A stretch of DNA of 64,000 nucleotides from Escherichia coli (GCF_046105845.1 NZ_CP151004.1), one strand, 5' to 3'. Counted from the first letter of the stretch, positions 40,057-52,054 are shown. The notes: generated by a model not told the origin, from the sequence alone. Program-made: numbers and translations.

Positions 40057-40386
40057 ATGGTTAGCAGGAAACGTAATAGCGTTATTTACCGGTTTGCCAG
40101 TTTATTATTGGTGTTGATGTTAAGTGCCTGTAGCGCACTGCAAGGTACGCCACAGCCAGCACCGCCAGTAACCGACCATCCGCAAGAGATTCGCCGCGAC
40201 CAGACGCAAGGGTTACAGCGAATAGGTAGCGTAAGCACGATGGTTCGGGGTTCTCCGGATGACGCATTAGCAGAAATCAGAGCGAAAGCTGTCGCTGCAA
40301 AAGCTGATTATTACGTTGTCGTCATGGTGGACGAAACCATCGTCACAGGACAGTGGTATTCACAAGCCATTTTGTACCGTAAATAA
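40057..40386 (+). CDS. bsmA: biofilm stress and motility lipoprotein BsmA
   Basis: Start trimmed to MVSRKRNSVIYRFASLLLVLMLSACSALQG… (109 aa); lipobox LSAC. Confidence 0.85.
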   Translation: MVSRKRNSVIYRFASLLLVLMLSACSALQGTPQPAPPVTDHPQEIRRDQTQGLQRIGSVSTMVRGSPDDALAEIRAKAVAAKADYYVVVMVDETIVTGQWYSQAILYRK

Positions 40387-40534
40387 ATCAGACAACTTAC
40401 ATAGTCAGCTTTACATTGCTTTGCGTCCCTATGCGTTTACCTGTGCACAATAAATTACCGGCTGGAAGCTCGGGCGTTTATTACCGCGATGGAATGCCCT
40501 GCAACATGTGGGGAAACGAAAAATGGAGCTGACG

Positions 40535-40810
40535 ATGAAACAATTACTTGCCTCACCCTCGCTGCAATTAGTGACTTATCCTGCGAGCGCCACGGCACAG
40601 TCTGCAGAATTCGCCAGTGCTGACTGCGTGACGGGCCTGAATGAAATAGGTCAGATCTCAGTTAGCAATATTTCAGGGGATCCGCAGGACGTGGAACGTA
40701 TCGTGGCGTTAAAGGCCGATGAACAAGGTGCGTCATGGTACCGCATTATTACCATGTACGAAGACCAGCAGCCTGATAACTGGCGCGTACAGGCGATACT
40801 GTATGCATGA
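40535..40810 (+). CDS. yjfN: DUF1471 periplasmic protein
   Basis: Start trimmed to MKQLLASPSLQLVTYPASATAQSAEFA… (91 aa). Confidence 0.8.
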   Translation: MKQLLASPSLQLVTYPASATAQSAEFASADCVTGLNEIGQISVSNISGDPQDVERIVALKADEQGASWYRIITMYEDQQPDNWRVQAILYA

Positions 40811-40835
40811 GTGTCATCTACAGCAAATGAACAAT

Positions 40836-40868
40836 GCCGGATGCGGCGCGAGCGCCTTGTCCGGCCTA
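40836..40868. repeat. REP element between yjfN and aidB
   Basis: GCCGGATGCGGCGCGAGCGCCTTGTCCGGCCTA palindromic unit. Confidence 0.75.
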
Positions 40869-40926
40869 TAATTTTCACATATTTCATTGAGTTAATTGAA
40901 ACCAGCGTTGCATCAGTCGTATACGC

Positions 40927-42552
40927 TTACACACACACTCCCCCCGTCGCCCGCAGCAATAAATCATTCTGGATCTGCTCTGACAACCGTACGCCGCCGC
41001 GCGTATCTAACATCACCTGACACCACGCCTGCGCCATTGGCGGAGAGGCATATTTCAACATTTGCGCACCGCAGCCCAGCAGGAATAGCTTATGAGTAAT
41101 CTCTCGCCCCAGTTCTTCAGCTGGCTTACGCAGCTGCTGCTGTAAACGACGAACCGCGCGATCAAAATAGCGATCCTGCCCTTTCACTTCCACAAATGCT
41201 TCCGACAATAAGTCGTATACACCCGCTTGCTTATTGAGAACACGCAGTACATCCAGGCACATAATATTACCGGAACCTTCCCAAATACTGTTTACCGGCA
41301 TCTCCCGGTAAAGCCGCGGCAGCTCGCTCTCCTCGCAATAACCAATGCCGCCCAGCACCTCCATCGCTTCGGCCACAAACGGCATACCTCGTTTGCAGAT
41401 CACAAATTTCACCGCAGGCGTAAATAAACGCGCCCACAGGGCTTCTTTAGCATCGGCACGCCGGTCCCACGCTCGCGCAAGACGAAACAGCAACGCCGTT
41501 TGCCCTTCAAGCTGAAGTGCCATGCGACTTAAGACATGACGCATAAGGGGCTGTTGGATCAATGGATTACCAAAAACATGGCGTTGATGGGCATGATAAA
41601 TCGCCAGCGAAAATGCACGGCGCATCATGGCATGGCTACCCAGGGCGCAATCAAAACGCGTCATCCCTCCCATTTTCAGGATCAGACGAGTTCCTTCCCC
41701 TTCCTGCCCTAACAACCAGCCAATGGCATCCTGAAACTCCACTTCGCAGCTGGCGTTAGAGCGATTACCCAGCTTATCTTTCAGCCGCTCGAGGCGAATC
41801 GCGTTGCGTTGCCCGTCAGGCAAAAAGCGCGGCACAAAAAAGCAGGACAAACCGCCCGTAGTCTGCGCCAGCACCAGATGCGCATCGCTTTGCGGCACCG
41901 AGAAAAACCATTTATGCCCCACCAGCCGATAAGAGCCATCTTCCAGGCGCTCTGCGCGGGTGGTGTTGCTCATGACATCGGAACCGCCCTGCTTTTCCGT
42001 CATTCCCATGCCAATCAACAAACCGCGTTTTTGCCCACCTGGCAATAAGTGAGAATCGTAGCGATCGCTCAACAGCGGCGTGGTCCAGTCCTGAAACGGC
42101 GTGGGTAACATCTGTAACAACAATGGCGTGGCGGCAAAGGTCATCGTTATCGGACATAACGACCCTGCCTCAACCTGTGCGTGCAACATAAAACGCGCCG
42201 CGCGCGCCACAAATGCGCCGGAGCGAGCGTCTTCTTCCCAGGCAAGATTGTGCACCCGATTGGTACATAGCGCCTGCATCAGCAAGTGCCAGGCGGGGTG
42301 AAAACGCACATCGTCCAGATGGCGTCCTTGCGCATCGTAGCGCAATAATTCAGGCGGATTCACATTCGCCAGCCGCCCCAGTTCAAGAGATTCAGCCGTT
42401 CCTAACTGCTGACCAATACTGGCTAGAAAATCGCTATCCCAGCCAGCACCTTCACGCGTTACCGCTTCACAGAGCGCGCCATCAGACAGGTATAAGTTAC
42501 TGTTATTTAATGGTATAGGTTGATTAAAAACGGTGTGAGTTTGCCAGTGCAC
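40927..42552 (-). CDS. aidB: acyl-CoA dehydrogenase-family adaptive-response protein AidB
   Basis: 541 aa from GTG start (VHWQTHTVFNQPIPLNNSNLY…); acyl-CoA dehydrogenase fold. Confidence 0.9.
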   Translation of the reverse strand: MHWQTHTVFNQPIPLNNSNLYLSDGALCEAVTREGAGWDSDFLASIGQQLGTAESLELGRLANVNPPELLRYDAQGRHLDDVRFHPAWHLLMQALCTNRVHNLAWEEDARSGAFVARAARFMLHAQVEAGSLCPITMTFAATPLLLQMLPTPFQDWTTPLLSDRYDSHLLPGGQKRGLLIGMGMTEKQGGSDVMSNTTRAERLEDGSYRLVGHKWFFSVPQSDAHLVLAQTTGGLSCFFVPRFLPDGQRNAIRLERLKDKLGNRSNASCEVEFQDAIGWLLGQEGEGTRLILKMGGMTRFDCALGSHAMMRRAFSLAIYHAHQRHVFGNPLIQQPLMRHVLSRMALQLEGQTALLFRLARAWDRRADAKEALWARLFTPAVKFVICKRGMPFVAEAMEVLGGIGYCEESELPRLYREMPVNSIWEGSGNIMCLDVLRVLNKQAGVYDLLSEAFVEVKGQDRYFDRAVRRLQQQLRKPAEELGREITHKLFLLGCGAQMLKYASPPMAQAWCQVMLDTRGGVRLSEQIQNDLLLRATGGVCV

Positions 42553-42571
42553 TGTGTCTCCCTCCATCAAT

Positions 42572-42599
42572 GGCAGTCACCATTAGTATGGTCACTGCC
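42572..42599. promoter_or_regulatory. inverted repeat GGCAGTCACCAT-tagt-ATGGTCACTGCC just upstream of aidB start
   Basis: 12-bp near-perfect palindrome (1 mismatch) about 20 bp upstream of aidB; could equally be the yjfC terminator. Confidence 0.4.
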
Positions 42600-42635
42600 A
42601 TGGATTCATGACAGAAAGAGATTGCTAAAACATTC

Positions 42636-43799
42636 TTATCCAGCAATGTAATGCGGAACGAAACGTGAGGTGTCTTTGGTGATCAGCGTGTTATCTTCAC
42701 GGATCCCCATTCCGCACGCTTCATCATCGACAATCCAGCTACCGATGAGTGTGTAGCTATCGCCAAATCGCGGCAGAGGTTGAAACGCCTGGTAGATCAT
42801 CGGTTCATCGGCGTAATCACCATCAGCGTGGTCAACGACGTTATTCTGACCGTCGAAAATGGTGACATTGCCGCCTTCGCGCGAGTAGATCGGTTTACGC
42901 ACATAGCTTTCGCCAGCGGCAATCTGCGGTTTTTCGCCCTCAAACCAGGATGCAAGAAGGTTAGGATGACCAGGGAAGAAGCGCCAAAGCAGTGGCATTA
43001 GCCCTTTATTACTCAAGATACTTTTCCATAACGGCTCCACCCATTGCTCGCGACGCTTGCGCAGCAGCGGACCGTTATCGTCACGCATCATCCACTCTAG
43101 CGGATACAGCTTAAATGCACGCTGGATGACATTATCATCAAGATCGGTCAGTACACCGCCGACGCCCAAACCGAGATCTTCAATGTAGATAAACCGCGAC
43201 TCCTGCCCTGCCTGCTGGGCGCAGTCCTGCAAATACAGCACGGTAGTCCTGTCTTCATCGGTGTCCTGACAGCAGCAAAAATAAAACGGTTCCCGACTGT
43301 AAAGCTCGCTAAAGCGTGAAATCAGGCGTTCCTGAATAGCATTGTACTGATCGGCATCACGCGGAATAATGCCGCTGCGCCGGGCATCCTCCAGCCACAG
43401 CCACTGGAAATAAGCCGACTCGTACAATGAAGTTGGCGTATCGGCGTTGTACTCCAGTAGCTTCACCGGCGCATTGCCACACCAGGCAAAATCCATCCGG
43501 CCATACAGCGAAGGATCTCGTGCGCGCCAGCTTTCGGCGATCACATCCCAGTACAATGGCGGGATCGCCAGTTGCGTCAGGATCTCTTCGTCTTTAACCG
43601 CGCGATCCACCACCTCAAGGCACATCTGATGCAGTTCCGCAGTCGGTTTTTCGATCTGCTCTTCAATCTGACGCAGGGTAAAGCGGTAAGCCCGACTCTC
43701 ATCCCAATAGATTTCATTGTCGATGATATGAAAGTCGAAACCGTTGTCAGCGGCGATCTGGTCCAGATCCCACCGTACAGGAACGTTGTGTCTCAGCAT
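42636..43799 (-). CDS. yjfC: glutathionylspermidine-synthase-like ATP-grasp protein
   Basis: Start trimmed to MLRHNVPVRWDLDQIAADNGFDF… (387 aa); overlaps yjfM stop. Confidence 0.85.
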   Translation of the reverse strand: MLRHNVPVRWDLDQIAADNGFDFHIIDNEIYWDESRAYRFTLRQIEEQIEKPTAELHQMCLEVVDRAVKDEEILTQLAIPPLYWDVIAESWRARDPSLYGRMDFAWCGNAPVKLLEYNADTPTSLYESAYFQWLWLEDARRSGIIPRDADQYNAIQERLISRFSELYSREPFYFCCCQDTDEDRTTVLYLQDCAQQAGQESRFIYIEDLGLGVGGVLTDLDDNVIQRAFKLYPLEWMMRDDNGPLLRKRREQWVEPLWKSILSNKGLMPLLWRFFPGHPNLLASWFEGEKPQIAAGESYVRKPIYSREGGNVTIFDGQNNVVDHADGDYADEPMIYQAFQPLPRFGDSYTLIGSWIVDDEACGMGIREDNTLITKDTSRFVPHYIAG

Positions 43800-43801
43800 G
43801 A

Positions 43802-44440
43802 TTAGCCTCCCCAATGCCCACGGGCGCTGGAAGAACGACCATAGCCGCCGCGAGAAACGGTTGACGCTTTTTTGGTGGTAAAGCCGCCCGAAGAGTAAGA
43901 CTCTTTTTTGCCAGAACCGGAGCGCCAGGAGTAATCACCAGAAGTGTTGCGCCAGACAGGGCGCGAAGCAAAAGAGGAACCGCCGCTGTTATAAACAAAC
44001 TGCTCATCACGATCTTTACGTATAACCCGGCTTAACAAAAATCCAGAAACGACCGGGATCCAACTCTGTTCAACGTTGTCGTAGTAACAATTTTCATACT
44101 TAGACTGACAATTCTGCTGAGTCATATTCTTCGGAACATCGGCATAAAACGCCGCTTTGGCGTTGTTCCAGCCATGAGCACAGATATCTGAATTATTTCC
44201 GTCATCAATACAATCCTGCACAGTCGAGTAAAACGTTCCGTCGCCGTCGTTATCGACATCGCCACTATCGCCACAACCTTTCAATACGAAAAAAGCGGCA
44301 CCGCCCATTAGCGCCAACGTTAAGTATTTTTGTGCGTAACGATTGCGACGCGGTTCAAAAGGATTATTCGGTCTACCAATGCGACTGATCGCTCCGTGAC
44401 CAATTTTACTGTTATTTCTTGATTTGCGTTTTCTGGCCAT
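43802..44440 (-). CDS. yjfM: DUF1190-type protein with basic N-terminus, Cys-rich middle and Gly/Ser/Arg/Tyr-rich C-terminal tail
   Basis: 212-aa ORF; possible lipobox (FVLKGC); low-complexity C-terminus. Confidence 0.8.
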   Translation of the reverse strand: MARKRKSRNNSKIGHGAISRIGRPNNPFEPRRNRYAQKYLTLALMGGAAFFVLKGCGDSGDVDNDGDGTFYSTVQDCIDDGNNSDICAHGWNNAKAAFYADVPKNMTQQNCQSKYENCYYDNVEQSWIPVVSGFLLSRVIRKDRDEQFVYNSGGSSFASRPVWRNTSGDYSWRSGSGKKESYSSGGFTTKKASTVSRGGYGRSSSARGHWGG

Positions 44441-44449
44441 GATCGTCCA

Positions 44450-44848
44450 TTACCATGTCATACAAGCTGCGTTAAAAATACCGCCAGCCAGTGCGGCGGT
44501 TCCCATAAACATTCCTGCTGCGGTATTGTGATTAATAATTTTTTCGCTTAATGCGGGCATATAAAGTCTGACGCCAGCAAAAACGAGTAACTGAATCACC
44601 AGTGCGATCCCGCCCCAGGCGAAATAGTCTGGAATACTCACCGCATTGATTGCCGCACTGGATAACGGGATCACGTAACCCAACAATGTACCGCTGAACG
44701 CCAGTGACGCCGCGGTATTATTGTTTTTGATTAACTGCCATTCGTTGTGCGGTGTAATTTTAGAATAGATAAACAGAAAAATAATCACCATAGCCACGCC
44801 AATAAAAAAATAGGCACTAAAGGCAAGAAGAGAATCCAGTATATGCAT
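44450..44848 (-). CDS. yjfL: DUF350-type inner membrane protein
   Basis: Start trimmed to MHILDSLLAFSAYFFIGVAMVIIFLF… (132 aa); 4 predicted TM segments. Confidence 0.8.
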   Translation of the reverse strand: MHILDSLLAFSAYFFIGVAMVIIFLFIYSKITPHNEWQLIKNNNTAASLAFSGTLLGYVIPLSSAAINAVSIPDYFAWGGIALVIQLLVFAGVRLYMPALSEKIINHNTAAGMFMGTAALAGGIFNAACMTW

Positions 44849-44865
44849 TGTAAACGTCCTTGTAA

Positions 44866-45525
44866 TTAACCAATAATATGAAGTGATGTCAGCGGGATAT
44901 CGACACCCAACGCGCGCGAAAATAACCACTCTGGCTCGCCGAGATCGTTAAAAGATTCCTCACCATTTAGCAGCAAATATTCGTAAGTATCTTCGGTTAC
45001 TTGCCGTTGGTAGCCCATGGTAAAATTATGGACCTCCCATTTGGCATGGTTTTGATTTTCTACTTTTTCCAGCATGTAGACGGGTTCGATATTTCCCGGT
45101 TCTTCGCTGTTAAAAAATCGCTGCCAGCGTTTTTCCTGCCAGTTTAAGGTCATTGCCCCCATCGCTTTGGCATTGATCGTCTCGCGCCAGTGACTCTCTT
45201 TACTGATACCGTAGCTCTCTTCATAGACAAAGAGCTTGATATCATCAATGTCATCAATATTTTCGCCGCCGGTGGTATTGATTTGCAGAAATTCATCGCC
45301 CGAAGTGTAGTAGCGGAAAATCTGGCTACCGCCGCCCAGATCGATGCGGCTGACGGCGGCTACCGTAAATTCCTCACCCGGCAGCGCAATCAGCAATTCA
45401 TCTTCCAGCAAACGAAACGCTAACGTGTCGAGCGTAAAACCACTATTGAGATGCAGACCCAGCGGACCGCGAGCGATAGCAGGCTTATTATCCTTGCCAA
45501 ACAGACGCTGGAAAAAACCAGACAT
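44866..45525 (-). CDS. yjfK: DUF2491-type protein
   Basis: 219-aa soluble ORF in conserved yjfI-yjfC cluster. Confidence 0.8.
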   Translation of the reverse strand: MSGFFQRLFGKDNKPAIARGPLGLHLNSGFTLDTLAFRLLEDELLIALPGEEFTVAAVSRIDLGGGSQIFRYYTSGDEFLQINTTGGENIDDIDDIKLFVYEESYGISKESHWRETINAKAMGAMTLNWQEKRWQRFFNSEEPGNIEPVYMLEKVENQNHAKWEVHNFTMGYQRQVTEDTYEYLLLNGEESFNDLGEPEWLFSRALGVDIPLTSLHIIG

Positions 45526-45575
45526 ATTTTATCCTTAAAATAGTTGCCAGCCTTGCAGTGAGGCTGGCAAAAAAA

Positions 45576-46274
45576 TTACTCGCCCTGTTGGCGTTGCAGT
45601 CTTGCTAATACATCCTGGGCGCTACTTTTATTGCTACCGCCTATTCCGGCTTCCGCCAGCTTTTCATCAAGATCGCGACCGTCTGCGACTTTTTCCAACT
45701 GTGCAGCAGCATCCAGACGAGCCTGACGTTCGGCCTGACGCGTTTGCAGGCGTTTTAAGGATTCTGCCGCTGTCGAAACGCTGGAAGATGCGCCAACGGT
45801 AGAGGTCGTTACAGCCTGTTGTGCACGCTGCATGGCTTCAGTGGCTTTAACGACTTCCATTTGCTGCTCAAACTGAGCGATACGCTGCGCTGTCGCTGTA
45901 ACTGCTTTTTCCACGCCATCACGGGAGACTTCCAGATTCGACAACACTTGCTCTTCAGCGGTAATGAGATTCTCAAGGCGCGCGATTTCTTCAGCAACTT
46001 CGTTAATCAACGACGGATTAACGTTCTTGCTTAACGCTTCCAGCGCACGAGCTTCCAGACTGGCTTTGCGCTCACGTAAATCTTTCAGCTTATCGTGACT
46101 TAATTTCACCCGCGCCAGCAGATCAACGCGAGATTTTCCGGCTTTATCGAGTTCAGCTTTAGCGTCACGAATATGCTGTTCCAGCATGCGCACGCCCTGG
46201 GTTTCTTCAATGGATTCTTCCGCTTGGGAGATAAACGATTTCCCCAGCGTAAATAAACTTTTTAAAATTCCCAT
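45576..46274 (-). CDS. yjfJ: PspA/IM30-family coiled-coil protein
   Basis: 232-aa ORF with extended heptad-repeat coiled coil typical of PspA/Vipp1. Confidence 0.85.
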   Translation of the reverse strand: MGILKSLFTLGKSFISQAEESIEETQGVRMLEQHIRDAKAELDKAGKSRVDLLARVKLSHDKLKDLRERKASLEARALEALSKNVNPSLINEVAEEIARLENLITAEEQVLSNLEVSRDGVEKAVTATAQRIAQFEQQMEVVKATEAMQRAQQAVTTSTVGASSSVSTAAESLKRLQTRQAERQARLDAAAQLEKVADGRDLDEKLAEAGIGGSNKSSAQDVLARLQRQQGE

Positions 46275-46292
46275 AAATACCCGTCCTTGTAA

Positions 46293-46694
46293 TTAGTGTG
46301 AATATTCTTCTGTAATTTCAGCCAGATCCAATGCGTTATCTACCAGCGAGGTTATCTCAAGCAGGATATCTTCAAGAGAAGATTTAAGCGATAACGCCCC
46401 GAAAACAATGTAATACTCTTCCTGTTGTACGCTGGAGATCCCTACCGATGACAACGGCATCATCTTCTGATTTCTTAATAAGAAGGTATTAAATTCATCT
46501 GGATTGCTGATACTACTCACCGGACAAATAAAGGTTTCGATAATCATTTGGCGGGAAGTAAAAAGAATATTGATTTGCAAATCGCCATAATCATTCATTT
46601 TAATAATTAATGCGTTCTCGCTATTTGTTACATCAATATTTTGTTCAGGTACAGTTTGCAGCGCCGTCGCCAGCGCCAACGGATTCCATGTCAT
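46293..46694 (-). CDS. yjfI: DUF2170-type protein
   Basis: 133-aa ORF; first gene of the yjfI-yjfC cluster. Confidence 0.8.
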   Translation of the reverse strand: MTWNPLALATALQTVPEQNIDVTNSENALIIKMNDYGDLQINILFTSRQMIIETFICPVSSISNPDEFNTFLLRNQKMMPLSSVGISSVQQEEYYIVFGALSLKSSLEDILLEITSLVDNALDLAEITEEYSH

Positions 46695-46773
46695 ATATTA
46701 TTCCATATAGATTTAGTTTAAATATTAACAAAATGAATATTTGCAGTACGTAATTATCTTACCAGCTAAACAC

Positions 46774-46806
46774 AAAAAAAAACCATCCAAATCTGGATGG
46801 CTTTTC
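46774..46806 (-). terminator. rho-independent terminator downstream of rlmB
   Basis: On minus strand CCATCCAgattTGGATGG followed by TTTTTTTTT. Confidence 0.85.
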
Positions 46807-46820
46807 ATAATTCAGAGGAA

Positions 46821-47552
46821 CTAGCTGCGCTGTCGCACCGCTTCAAATAAGCAAATCCCTGTCGCAACCGAAACGTTCAGGGAAGAAACGCTTCCTGCCA
46901 TTGGGATGCTGATCAACTCGTCGCAATGTTCACGAGTCAGGCGACGCATACCTTCACCTTCCGCGCCCATCACCAGCGCCAGGCGTCCGGTCATTTTGCT
47001 CTGATAGAGTGTATGATCCGCCTCGCCTGCCGTACCGACGATCCAGATATTCTCTTCCTGCAACATACGCATGGTGCGCGCCAGATTAGTCACCCGAATC
47101 AGCGGAACGCTTTCTGCCGCGCCGCAGGCTACTTTTTTCGCCGTGGCGTTGAGCTGTGCGGAGCGATCTTTCGGCACAATCACCGCATGAACACCTGCGG
47201 CGTCCGCGCTACGCAGGCACGCGCCGAGGTTATGCGGATCGGTTACACCGTCGAGGATCAGCAGGAACGGTTGATCGAGCGAAGCGATCAGATCCGGCAG
47301 ATCGTTTTCCTGATACTGACGTCCTGGCTTCACACGGGCAATAATGCCCTGATGCACGGCACCGTCGCTTTTCTCGTCGAGATACTGACGGTTCGCCAAC
47401 TGAATAACCACGCCCTGGGACTCAAGGGCGTGAATCAGCGGTAACAGACGTTTATCTTCACGGCCTTTTAAAATAAAGACTTCCTGAAAACGTTCAGGGG
47501 CGCGCTCCAGCAGGGCCTGCACTGCGTGGATGCCGTAAATCATTTCGCTCAT
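46821..47552 (-). CDS. rlmB: 23S rRNA (guanosine-2'-O)-methyltransferase (SpoU family)
   Basis: 243-aa ORF ([28 protein letters not shown]…). Confidence 0.93.
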
Positions 47553-47565
47553 TAATGTACTCGTT

Positions 47566-47636
47566 GTTTACGTTTTGCCGGGAGCGCCACGCTTGCCCGG
47601 CCTACGGATAATTCACCCTCTTCTGTTTGAAGAGGG
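47566..47636. repeat. REP-like unit plus hairpin in rnr-rlmB intergenic region
   Basis: GCCGGGAGCGCCACGCTTGCCCGGCCTAC followed by CCCTCTTCtgtttgGAAGAGGG. Confidence 0.5.
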
Positions 47637-47642
47637 TTGTGA

Positions 47643-50084
47643 TCACTCTGCCACTTTTTTCTTCGCCGCACGCTTCGCTTTGGTCGCTGCGGCTATTTTC
47701 TGCGTTTTAGCCGATGGCTTTTTCGCTTTTCTCGCGTCTTTCTTCGCCGCTTTCGGCTTCGGTTTTTTCTCGCCGCGGAAGGCACTGTCTGGCTCAAAGT
47801 TTACCTTTTTACCGACCTGACGACGCTTGCCGCCTTTTTTGCCAGCATCGCCTTTTTTCACTTTCTCGCGCGCCGTTTTACCGACGTTGCGCGGTGCGCG
47901 TTCGCTGGAGATCAGGCTAAAGTCGATTTTGCGCTCGTCCATATTAACCGCTTCGACGCGAACTTCCACGCGATCGCCCAAGCGATAAGTCTGGCCGCTG
48001 GATTCACCCATCAGGCGTTGCCCTACCTGGTCAAAGCGATAGTAGTCATTGTCCAGCGAAGAGACATGGACCAGACCATCAATGAACAAGTCGTCCAGAC
48101 GGACGAAGAAGCCAAAGCCAGTGACGCTGGAAATTACGCCTTTAAAGACGTTACCTACCTGGTCGAGCATGAAGTCACACTTCAGCCAGTCAGCTACATC
48201 GCGTGTTGCTTCGTCGGCACGACGTTCCGCCATCGAACAGTGCTGACCCAGTTGCAGCATCTCTTCCATCGAATAATGGTAACCACCGGTTTCAGTGGTA
48301 TTGCCCTGATGCCCCTGCTCTTTCGCCAGCAGATACTTAATGGCGCGGTGCAGCGTCAGGTCAGGATAACGACGAATCGGCGAAGTAAAGTGCGCATAGG
48401 ACTGCAATGCCAGACCGAAGTGACCACGGTTTTCCGGATCGTAAATCGCCTGTTTCATCGAGCGCAGCAGCATGGTTTGCAGCATTTCTGCGTCAGGACG
48501 ATCGGCAACCGACTCTAGCAACTCCGCGTAATCACGCGGTTCCGGCTTGTTACCGCCCGGCAATTCCAGCCCCAGCTCCGCCAGCACTGAACGGAAAGAG
48601 GTAATCGCTTCGGTGCTCGGCTTATCGTGAATACGGAATAGTGCTGGTTCTTTGGCTTTCTCAACGAAACGCGCCGCCGAGATATTCGCCAGAATCATGC
48701 ACTCTTCAATTAACTTGTGTGCGTCGTTACGCTGAGTCTGTTCGATACGCTCAATACGGCGTTCGGCGTTGAAAATGAACTTCGCTTCTTCGCTCTCAAA
48801 TGAGATCCCGCCACGTTCTTCACGGGCTTTATCCAGCACTTTATAGAGGTTATGCAACTCTTCGAGATGCTTAACCAGTGGGGCGTACTGCTCGCGCAGA
48901 TCCTGATCGCCCTGCAGAATATGCCAGACTTTGGTGTAGGTCAGACGTGCGTGAGAGCTCATTACCGCTTCATAGAATTTGTAGCCAGTCAGGCGGCCTT
49001 TCGACGAAACCGTCATCTCGCACACCATACACAGGCGGTCTACCTGCGGGTTGAGCGAACACAGACCGTTAGAGAGCACTTCCGGCAGCATCGGGATAAC
49101 CTGCGAAGGGAAGTACACCGACGTACCACGGTTACGCGCTTCTCTGTCCAGCGGTGTTGGCGGACGCACATAGTAGCTAACGTCGGCAATCGCGACCCAT
49201 AAACGCCAGCCGCCGCCGCGTTTTTTCTCGCAGTAAACTGCATCGTCAAAGTCACGGGCGTCTTCGCCATCAATGGTGACCAGCGGTAAATCGCGCAGAT
49301 CGACACGGCCCGCTTTTGCTTCTTCCGGCACTTCTTCTTTCAGCCCGGCAACCTGTTGCTCAACGGCCTGCGGCCAGATATACGGAATTTCATGGGTACG
49401 CAGAGCGATATCAACCGCCATGCCGGTGCCCATATTGTCGCCAAGTACTTCGACGATTTTACCCACCGCTTTGGTACGGCGAGTCGGGCGTTGGGTCAGT
49501 TCAACCACCACCACAAAGCCCATCCGCGCGCCCATGATCTGATCGGGCGGGATTAAGATATCGAAGCTCAAACGACTGTCGTCAGGAACCACAAAGCCGA
49601 CGCCCGCTTCGGTAAAGTAGCGACCAACAATCTGGCTGGTTTTTGGCACCAGTACGCGGACAATACGCGCTTCACGACGACCTTTACGGTCAGCACCCAG
49701 CGGCTGCGCCAGCACCTGATCGCCATGAATGCAGGTTTTCATCTGCTCGCTGGAGAGATACAAATCATCTTTACGCCCTTCAACCCGCAGAAAGCCGTAG
49801 CCATCACGGTGGCCAATAACGGTACCTTTCACCAGGTCGAGGCGTTCCGGCAGCGCATAGCACTGACGACGAGTGAAGACCAGTTGACCATCGCGCTCCA
49901 TCGCGCGCAGGCGGCGACGCAGGCCTTCAAGCTGCTCTTCGCCTTCAATGTGCAGTTCTACCGCCAGCTCATCACGGCTGGCCGGTTTTTCACGTTTGGT
50001 TAAATGTTCGAGGATAAATTCCCGACTAGGGATGGGATTCGCGTATTTTTCAGCTTCGCGTTCCTGGAAAGGATCTTGTGACAT
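47643..50084 (-). CDS. rnr: ribonuclease R
   Basis: Start trimmed to [28 protein letters not shown]… (813 aa); Lys-rich C-terminal tail. Confidence 0.93.
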   Translation of the reverse strand: MSQDPFQEREAEKYANPIPSREFILEHLTKREKPASRDELAVELHIEGEEQLEGLRRRLRAMERDGQLVFTRRQCYALPERLDLVKGTVIGHRDGYGFLRVEGRKDDLYLSSEQMKTCIHGDQVLAQPLGADRKGRREARIVRVLVPKTSQIVGRYFTEAGVGFVVPDDSRLSFDILIPPDQIMGARMGFVVVVELTQRPTRRTKAVGKIVEVLGDNMGTGMAVDIALRTHEIPYIWPQAVEQQVAGLKEEVPEEAKAGRVDLRDLPLVTIDGEDARDFDDAVYCEKKRGGGWRLWVAIADVSYYVRPPTPLDREARNRGTSVYFPSQVIPMLPEVLSNGLCSLNPQVDRLCMVCEMTVSSKGRLTGYKFYEAVMSSHARLTYTKVWHILQGDQDLREQYAPLVKHLEELHNLYKVLDKAREERGGISFESEEAKFIFNAERRIERIEQTQRNDAHKLIEECMILANISAARFVEKAKEPALFRIHDKPSTEAITSFRSVLAELGLELPGGNKPEPRDYAELLESVADRPDAEMLQTMLLRSMKQAIYDPENRGHFGLALQSYAHFTSPIRRYPDLTLHRAIKYLLAKEQGHQGNTTETGGYHYSMEEMLQLGQHCSMAERRADEATRDVADWLKCDFMLDQVGNVFKGVISSVTGFGFFVRLDDLFIDGLVHVSSLDNDYYRFDQVGQRLMGESSGQTYRLGDRVEVRVEAVNMDERKIDFSLISSERAPRNVGKTAREKVKKGDAGKKGGKRRQVGKKVNFEPDSAFRGEKKPKPKAAKKDARKAKKPSAKTQKIAAATKAKRAAKKKVAE

Positions 50085-50122
50085 CTCGGTTCCTCCGTTG
50101 TCATCTCTGATGAAGATTTTCG

Positions 50123-50548
50123 TCACTCCACCAGCAATAATTTATAAAGCGGTTGATTCTCTTCAACCAAATCGGCAAGCGTGTAGTTATCCAGTTCCGT
50201 AAGAAAACTTTGCACGGCCTTAGAAAGCGCCTGTTTCAACCGACAGGCAGGTGTAATGTGGCAAAACTCACTGCTGCAATTCACCAGCGATAAGGGCTCC
50301 AGCTCGCGCACCACATCACCAATACGTATCGCACTCGCCGGTTTACCCAGACGAATGCCGCCATTTTTTCCACGAACAGCAGTCACGTAGCCGGCACGAC
50401 TAAGTTGATTGATTATTTTGACCATATGATTACGGGAGACGCCGTAGACGTCAGTCACTTCAGAAATACTGGTCATCCGCCCTTCTGGCAATGACGCCAT
50501 GTAGATCAGCGCACGTAATCCGTAATCAGTGAAACTCGTTAACTGCAC
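50123..50548 (-). CDS. nsrR: NO-sensing Rrf2-family transcriptional repressor
   Basis: 141-aa ORF ([31 protein letters not shown]…); stop overlaps rnr upstream region. Confidence 0.93.
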
Positions 50549-50752
50549 ATCAACCTCAAAAGGGAAAACGGGAAAAAATACATTTATATTGATGATAAAC
50601 CAGCCACAAGCTGTGTCGCTAATTTATTTCAGTTCGGGGAAGGAAAAAAGCGAGGATTTAACACTGTGTCGGATAGCGTAATGGCTTACCCGACACAGCA
50701 ATGTATCACACTGTTAGCCCGGCAGGCAAAATATCTGCCAGGCGTACCAGAA

Positions 50753-52054
<1,302 letters not shown>

